This document shows positions 26,731 to 32,000 of a stretch of DNA of 32,000 nt, in pieces. Every line of letters starts with the position of its first letter. Within the stretch, counting starts at the first letter, position 1. The translations under genes were made by a program, and so were the position numbers. The stretch comes from Halomicronema hongdechloris C2206 (GTDB lineage: Bacteria; Cyanobacteriota; Cyanobacteriia; Phormidesmidales; Phormidesmidaceae), in contig NZ_CP021983.2 in the NCBI RefSeq assembly GCF_002075285.3, forward strand, positions 4,830,001 to 4,862,000. Reading direction: 5' to 3'. The notes under the pieces were generated by a model. That model made no database searches, was not told the DNA's origin, and worked only from the letters and a program-made list of their open reading frames with translations.

Positions 26731-27856
26731 TAAAGGCGGCGCAGCTTGATTCTGGCATCTTGAGTGGTAAAGCGCCAAACAACGCCTGCTTGTTGTGAAT
26801 TACGCTGCTGTTGCCAAGCTGCTAACGCTTGCTCAAGCGTAATGGGATCGCCAATCCGACGGTCAAGACATTGCTGCTGTAAGACACTCAACTCAATTTC
26901 GGTGACATTCAGCCAGCTCCCATTGCGTGGGGTGTAGAACAGCTCTAATCGCCGGGCTAAACGATGGGCTTCATCCGCATCCAAGGCTTCATAGAGTGAG
27001 GCAATATGATGGGTGTTGAGGTTGTCACACAAGAGTTTGACCTTGCGAGCATGAGGATAATCTTCGTCTAACAATTGTTTGACTTCTTCGGCCCAATCGA
27101 TGCGGGTACGATGCTCTCGGCTACTCACCCGTCGCCAGCCGCGAATCGGGTCAAAGAACATGAACAACGCGCGTACCCCTTCGCGCTCGTAGTGGTAATC
27201 CTCTTTGGCATCTGAACCTGGCTGCATGGGTTGAGATGGATAGACATCCTTATGCAACTCAATCGCCGCTTCATCCATGCAGATGAGGGGCTCTTCAGGC
27301 GAGTGCTCCGCTGTGTACAGGTCCAGCACGACTTCCATTTGAGCTACAAAGCGGGCCGTGTCTTTCTCTGGGATGCAGTATCGTTGCTTTTTCCAAGGTC
27401 GTAATTCATTTTTTTAAGCGTCTGACGCACGGTTTCGCGACTAATTTCGGTGACAATGCTGCGGGCTTTCAAGGCATCGACTAATAAATTTAACGTCCAA
27501 CGAGCACGTCCCTCAGGGGGCGTAGAACAACAGATGGCAACCAGTTGAGCTTCAACTTCACCGTCTACTTTGGGGGCCACAGGCGGGGTGGTGCGAACTT
27601 TGCGATTGAGCGCTGGCGCTTCTCCTTGCGTGACAAACCGTTTGCGAATGCGAGCCACGCTGTAGGGATGGAGACCCATTGCTTCCCCAATGCGTTGGTC
27701 TGTCCAACCGCCCTCTTGATGAGTTTGGTCAGCCAAAAGCAAGATTCTGGCGTGGAGGATTTTCTTCGCAGGGGCTTTCCCGTTGCGACTAATGTCTTTG
27801 AGGCGCTCTCGCTCACTTTCGCTGAGATTGACAACGTACTTATCAGGGTGGGGCAT
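26712..27856 (-). CDS. IS630-family transposase (two overlapping frames joined by a -1 shift)
   Basis: OrfA (27344-27856) is the HTH part (...ERERLKDISRNGKAPAKKILHARILLLAD...). The downstream frame opens right at the A7 run and reads KNELRPWKKQRYCIPEKDTARFVAQMEVVLDLY. It continues with the DDE triad contexts ICMDEAA, LLCDNLNTHH and YTPRNGSWLNVTEIE. Confidence 0.85.
27409..27415 (-). promoter_or_regulatory. A7 slippery run: candidate programmed -1 ribosomal frameshift or transcriptional slippage site of the IS630 transposase
   Basis: The minus strand reads CTT AAA AAA ATG in the orfA frame. The -1 frame reads TAA AAA AAT GAA, so it is closed immediately 5' of the run and open after it. Confidence 0.7.
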
Positions 27857-27877
27857 AGCAGCATTCTTCTTGACCTT

Positions 27878-27907
27878 TTACCCAATATTTTAGCCTTGCC
27901 GCGCTAC
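27878..27907. repeat. IS630 right terminal inverted repeat
   Basis: The reverse complement is GTAGCGCGGCAAGGCTAAAATATTGGGTAA. Confidence 0.85.
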
Positions 27908-28070
27908 TAGGGTGAGATGGTTATCATACTTTTCCAACTGTACGCTAAAATCACCGCGGCCAAACAGGTTGACTGCGGTAGGGTAGTAGTAAACTGGCTC
28001 AATACCTAAGATGTAAGACGATCCGCCATGGGTTATGCATCCACCCCAATAGGAGTGAATTGGCAACATC

Positions 28071-28736
28071 ATGTTTATTCTGAAGCGACAAGATGTTGAC
28101 ATCAAAACAATTCAGCATCCCAAAAAGGAGCAGCAGATCCCGATTCTCTCCTATCAGGGTCAGACCTTTCGACTTCTCAGCGTTTTCACCATTGCTCAAG
28201 CAGACGATGCCCGGGCCCTCTGGCGTGATCTCACCGATAATCGAGGTAAGGCCTGTGTGCTGCTAGAAGAACCCGAACGCTTTAGCATTTGGGGAAAGAT
28301 TCGCTTGGAACAGTTAGCCGAAGCAGGAGGGGCTGAGGAGGCAAATACGTCCCCAGTGCTGATTCAAGGTTGCCTCGTCTTGTTACAAGCGGTCTATATC
28401 GACATCGAAGATTTATTGGGCAGCAAACAGGCCGGGTCATTTCAGCAGGAAGTTGAGACGGTCCTGACCTCGGGACCATTTCCCCGAGGTATCTCATCTA
28501 AAGTGGTTCAGGGGCTACTCACCATCGATCCCCTAGCAATGCCGCAAATGCCTGCCTGGACTGACCATCACCTGCAACAGTTGCTGCAAGACCTCCATCG
28601 CATTGGCAAGGATTACTTCGGCAACACCACCTTCACAGAGCGAGCCCTAGAAGCGTTGCAAGATATGCCTGACAATGACCGCAAGCTCTTCACTCGCTGG
28701 CTGCAGCAATCCCCGGTCGGGAAGCTCTGGAGCTAG
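28071..28736 (+). CDS. Conserved hypothetical protein (221 aa)
   Basis: Clean ORF with typical composition (…ILSYQGQTFRLLSVFTIAQADDARALWRDLTDNRGKACVLLEEPERFSIWGK…). No domain recognised with confidence. Confidence 0.7.
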   Translation: MFILKRQDVDIKTIQHPKKEQQIPILSYQGQTFRLLSVFTIAQADDARALWRDLTDNRGKACVLLEEPERFSIWGKIRLEQLAEAGGAEEANTSPVLIQGCLVLLQAVYIDIEDLLGSKQAGSFQQEVETVLTSGPFPRGISSKVVQGLLTIDPLAMPQMPAWTDHHLQQLLQDLHRIGKDYFGNTTFTERALEALQDMPDNDRKLFTRWLQQSPVGKLWS

Positions 28737-28877
28737 GTGGCAGATAGGCAGCAGAACCGGGTAAAGCAGAAATTACCGGCATATTAAACCGCCGTTTTTC
28801 CCGCAAAGACTATCGCGCTGGGCCTAAATCGGGTTTAGATTAAGGTGCTGATTTAGATTCAGATAAGGAGTGTTCCA

Positions 28878-29906
28878 TTGAGTAAACCCTCCTCCTCGTC
28901 TTCCACGACGACAATTATTCTCTTGGGCATCGTCTGGGCCGTCGTGGCAGTGCTATTTTTCCTGTTCTTCAGTGCGCCGACTCCCAGTGGTGATAAGCCG
29001 GGGTGGTTCTTTATTGGCATTACTGTGCTGGAAACCGGAGCATTTGCTGTCTCCTCAATTATCTGTGCCCGTAACTGGCAGAGTGAGCAAATCGTCAGTG
29101 GGCGTAACGTCTGGCTAGCGATTAGTTTGGGCCTGTTGTCCTATGTCTGTGGCAATATCTTCTTTTTTCTCTGGGGCAATGTCTGGGGATTAGACCCAGC
29201 GGTCTCCCTGGGGGATTTCTTTTACCTGATCAGTTATGTGTGTTTGGGGATTGGCATCATTCAAGCGGTATTGCCGCGGCGGCTTAATCTCGAACCGCCG
29301 CAGTGGTTGATTATTGCTGGGGTAGGCTTGGCGGGAATAGTGTTGGCTTATTTCCTGAACTACCAGGTCTTAGGTGATGAGGCTGCTCCGCCAGAGGCCT
29401 CGGTGCCCGTACAGGCGGAAGCGCCTGCTGCAACCGCCGAGACTCCGTTAGCCCCTACGGCGGCTGAGGCCAATGGTTCTCCGGCGGAGACGCCTACTCC
29501 AGAGGCTGCCACCTCCGAGGAGCCGGCAGCAGCTACCCCCGATGCTCCGGCCTGGGCGAAACAGTTTGACACGCTCATGGAGCCCTTAGCAAGCGTTGTC
29601 AGTTTGTTGTATGTCCTGGGCGACTGCCTGTTGGTGGTCTTAGCAACCACCCTGTTAGTGGCATTTTGGGGCGGTCGCTTTTCCCAGTCTTGGAAGCTGA
29701 TCGCTGTGGCGGTGTTCTTTCTCTACATCGCTGATATGTTCTTTGCCTACGCGGTAAATCGGGGCACTTACCAGGAAGGCAGTCTGTGGGAAGTCTTCTG
29801 GACCTTATCTGCTGTCTTTTTTGGCCTGGGTGCAGCCGTCGAGTATGGCATCTCGACCCGCTCTCGCCGGAGTGTGCGTCAACGCAGAGCCGCACCAGGG
29901 AACTAA
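28878..29906 (+). CDS. Polytopic membrane protein with a central Ala/Pro/Glu/Thr-rich low-complexity linker
   Basis: The TTG start has AAGGAG at 28865-28870 (7-nt spacing). About 5 TM helices are followed by a roughly 60-aa linker (EAAPPEASVPVQAEAPAATAETPLAPTAAEANGSPAETPTPEAATSEEPAAATPDAP) and about 4 more TM helices. Confidence 0.7.
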   Translation: MSKPSSSSSTTTIILLGIVWAVVAVLFFLFFSAPTPSGDKPGWFFIGITVLETGAFAVSSIICARNWQSEQIVSGRNVWLAISLGLLSYVCGNIFFFLWGNVWGLDPAVSLGDFFYLISYVCLGIGIIQAVLPRRLNLEPPQWLIIAGVGLAGIVLAYFLNYQVLGDEAAPPEASVPVQAEAPAATAETPLAPTAAEANGSPAETPTPEAATSEEPAAATPDAPAWAKQFDTLMEPLASVVSLLYVLGDCLLVVLATTLLVAFWGGRFSQSWKLIAVAVFFLYIADMFFAYAVNRGTYQEGSLWEVFWTLSAVFFGLGAAVEYGISTRSRRSVRQRRAAPGN

Positions 29907-29943
29907 GATATTAGTTGGCGCTCGCACGGCGGAGACAAGCGGT

Positions 29944-30903
29944 ATGGCACCCAAAAAGTTATCTGAGGCTGATAAGCAAGCAATTCTAGAACTCTATCGT
30001 CAGCCGGCAGAGACAACCTCGACTCTGGCAGAGCAATTTGGCGTCAGCAATAGCACCATTAGCCGCTTACTCAAGAGCCAGTTGCCTGCCAAGGAATATG
30101 GCAATCTGATTCAGCAGAAGCGAAGTGCTAGCGATAAGGGGGGAAGTACCAGCTCTGAAGTAACGACCGCCACTTCAGAGCCTGCCACTGAGGATGCTGC
30201 TTCATCTACAGGGACAGAGCCCTCGCCAACGGCAGACTCTGCGTCCCAGAAGCCATTACCTAAACGGAGACGGCGGTCTCGGCTAGCCGAGACCGCCGAT
30301 GGCGATGAAGACAATGGGACTCAGCTTTCCTTATCACCGGCCAAGGCGGCCGCTCCAGAATCCCAAGAGACCAAATCCACGGCTGCAGTCAAGCCCAAGT
30401 TGGCTGAGTTAGAAGTCGACCCGGCCGACGACTACATGATTGCAGCGGTATTGGGAGAAGACGCAGATCTAAGCTCAGATGATGACTATGACGATGAGGA
30501 CGATGAGTTAGAGGATGACTTTGATGAAGATGATGGGGACGACTGGGACGCTGGGAAGGATACCGATAAGCCTCACCTTCAGGGGATGGCCCTAGTTGAA
30601 ATCAATCCGTTGACCCAGGCAACGTTGCCAAAGCCCTGCTATTTGGTAGTTGATCGCCTGTCAGAGTTAATTACGTGTCCCCTCAAGGACTTCGGTGAAC
30701 TGGGGCAAATTCCCGAGGCTGAAGTCAATGCTCGCACCTTGCCAGTGTTTGACAATCATCGGGTAGCTCGGCGGTTTTCCCGCCGCAATCAGCGGGTCAT
30801 CAAGGTGCCTGATGGCTCGATGCTGCAAAAAACCCAACCCTATCTACAATCGAAGGGCATTACCCGCTTATTAGTAGATGGTCAGGTCTATTCTCTAACC
30901 TGA
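29944..30903 (+). CDS. HTH-domain protein with a long disordered polyacidic linker and a conserved C-terminal domain
   Basis: ATG at 29944 has GGAGA at 29931-29935. The N-terminus (LSEADKQAILELYRQPAETTSTLAEQFGVSNSTISRLLK) is a classic helix-turn-helix. It is followed by a basic patch (KRRRRSR), an acidic run (SSDDDYDDEDDELEDDFDEDDGDDWD, about nt 30460-30552) and a folded-looking C-terminal 100 aa. The ORF-track extension to 29821 overlaps the preceding gene and is rejected. Confidence 0.75.
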   Translation: MAPKKLSEADKQAILELYRQPAETTSTLAEQFGVSNSTISRLLKSQLPAKEYGNLIQQKRSASDKGGSTSSEVTTATSEPATEDAASSTGTEPSPTADSASQKPLPKRRRRSRLAETADGDEDNGTQLSLSPAKAAAPESQETKSTAAVKPKLAELEVDPADDYMIAAVLGEDADLSSDDDYDDEDDELEDDFDEDDGDDWDAGKDTDKPHLQGMALVEINPLTQATLPKPCYLVVDRLSELITCPLKDFGELGQIPEAEVNARTLPVFDNHRVARRFSRRNQRVIKVPDGSMLQKTQPYLQSKGITRLLVDGQVYSLT

Positions 30904-31044
30904 GGGGGTGCTGGCTGAGGTAGCCTATCGAATGTCCTCTAACTAGGGCAGTAGCTGGCCCCTGGGCCGCCCATATCCGTAACGGGCGAGCTGCTGTCAT
31001 CTGGGTTAAATCAATCAGGGATACATCGATTGGGAGCAGAGGCG

Positions 31045-32000
31045 ATGGATCAGGGAAGAACGAGAGTCTCCTCAAGACAAGCGGGGGCTGTGAGGGCCGA
31101 GCAGATACAACAACAGCTGATCAGCTGTGATCATTATCTAACTGCAGATCCGACCAATGTTGCTCTATGGAGCCGCAGAAGTTATCTCTTGGCTCAGTTG
31201 GGGCATTACCCGCAGGCCTTGGGTAGCTATCAGAAAACGTTGGCGTTGCAGGCTACGCATCCGAAGATCTGGTGTAACTATGCCACCACCCTGGTTCATT
31301 GCGGCCATCTAGAGGAGGCTGTCACGGCCTATGGGCAGGCTCTGGCCCTTCGGCCTGACTATGAGCGGGCCTGGTATCAGCTGGGAGAGACGCTACAGCG
31401 GTTGGGGTGCTTGCAGCAGGCTTTGGATAGCTATGATCGGGCCTTAGCTCTGGTTCCCCAAGGGGAGCGACTGTGGTGCCGCCGTGGGTTGGTCCTCTGT
31501 CAGTTGCAGCGGATCGATGATGCGATCGCAAGTTTTCGACAGGCCGTCACCCAGTGCCCCGACTTTAGCCGAGCCTGGGATTGCCTAGGGTACCTGCTGG
31601 CTAAACAGCAGCAATACGACGCTGCCGCCGAGTGCTTTCAGGCTTCCTTGGCTGCCAATCCCGCCAATGCTCACCTCTACCATTTCCAGAGCTGGATCCT
31701 GAGGCATCAGGGACAATTTGAAGCGGCCCTGAGTACCATCGAGCAAGCCTTGGCACTGGCGCCTGAACATCCCCAGTACTGGTACCACCATGGCCTCACC
31801 TTGGGGCATTTGCGCCGCTACGACGAGGCCCAGGCCAGCTTGACCAGAGCACTTAAGCGTCAGGCCTACCACAGCCAGGGGTGGCTGGCCCTAGGGTTAA
31901 CCCTGCGGCGTCTGCGACAATTCCAGGCCGCCATCGACGCCTTTAATCAAGCCCTCGCCATCGAGCCAGACCAGGCCTTCGCCTTCTACCACCAAGCCTG
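31045..32000 (+). CDS. TPR-repeat protein, 3'-truncated by the window end (absent from the ORF track because no stop is reached)
   Basis: I translated it by hand from ATG 31045 (GGGAG at 31032-36). The frame is open for 318 codons to the window edge. It contains successive 34-aa TPR units (…WSRRSYLLAQLGHYPQALGSYQKTLALQATHPKIWCNYATTLVHCGHLEEAVTAYGQALALRPDYERAWYQLGETLQRLGCLQQALDSYDRALAL…). The minus-strand ORFs at 31322-31531 and 31585-31872 are antisense artefacts. Confidence 0.85.
   Translation, partial: MDQGRTRVSSRQAGAVRAEQIQQQLISCDHYLTADPTNVALWSRRSYLLAQLGHYPQALGSYQKTLALQATHPKIWCNYATTLVHCGHLEEAVTAYGQALALRPDYERAWYQLGETLQRLGCLQQALDSYDRALALVPQGERLWCRRGLVLCQLQRIDDAIASFRQAVTQCPDFSRAWDCLGYLLAKQQQYDAAAECFQASLAANPANAHLYHFQSWILRHQGQFEAALSTIEQALALAPEHPQYWYHHGLTLGHLRRYDEAQASLTRALKRQAYHSQGWLALGLTLRRLRQFQAAIDAFNQALAIEPDQAFAFYHQA

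Larger units (their letters stand above)
26671..27907 (-). mobile_element. Complete IS630-family insertion sequence (1237 bp) flanked by a TA target-site duplication
   Basis: The terminal inverted repeats match at 24 of 30 positions: GTAGCGTGGCAAGGCTAATTTGCTGGGTTA at 26671-26700 against the reverse complement of 27878-27907. TA dinucleotides sit at 26669-26670 and 27908-27909. The element encodes an HTH plus DDE transposase. Confidence 0.9.

Noticed and set aside
27890-28199. Minus-strand ORFs at 27890-28105 and 27999-28199 beside the IS right end.
   Set aside because: They are short ORFs in an AT-rich promoter-like spacer that overlap the IS TIR and the start of the 221-aa gene. Their composition does not look protein-like.
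29821-29943. ORF-track extension of the HTH gene overlapping the last 86 nt of the membrane-protein gene.
   Set aside because: ATG 29944 has a well-spaced GGAGA and begins the conserved HTH. The extension is an out-of-frame read-through of the upstream gene.
31322-31872. Minus-strand ORFs at 31322-31531 and 31585-31872 as genes.
   Set aside because: They are antisense to a clearly periodic TPR coding frame on the plus strand that is open from 31045 to the window end.

Overview
This is a cyanobacterial chromosomal segment. I found at least 15 perfect HIP1 octamers (GCGATCGC) by eye, the background G+C is high, and there are pentapeptide-repeat, DUF4359-like and receiver/DUF3685-like genes. 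I support about 28 protein-coding genes, two genes that are frameshifted as assembled (cobU-type and a HAD hydrolase), one tRNA-Arg(UCU), and one complete IS630-family element with TA target duplication and an A7 frameshift site. There are also several short tandem-repeat arrays. Layout: (i) 102-6844 is a visibly lower-G+C, HIP1-poor island. It carries a 1147-aa orphan protein divergent from a small module of a DUF4359-like protein, a tail-anchored predicted pseudokinase and a small membrane protein. (ii) 6845-16190 holds the RDD / SpoIIM-like / DUF4129 / DUF4350 / MoxR / DUF58 gene set of unknown function. Here it is split in two by a PAS-GGDEF(degenerate)-EAL gene whose borders are full of repeats. 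(iii) 16292-20399 is housekeeping: cobU-like, RNase Z, HAD, NDH-2. (iv) 20457-24025 is a translationally coupled pair, a membrane-anchored tandem-repeat protein plus an atypical response regulator. (v) 24188-26544 has a pentapeptide protein, an M50/CBS protease and the tRNA. (vi) 26671-27907 is the IS630 element. (vii) 28071-32000 has three conserved hypotheticals, including an HTH protein with a polyacidic tract, and a TPR protein running off the window. The best candidates for something undescribed are the low-G+C island (giant orphan plus pseudokinase module) and the repeat-protein/response-regulator pair. Neither function can be established from sequence alone. All domain calls come from motif recognition by eye; no searches were run.
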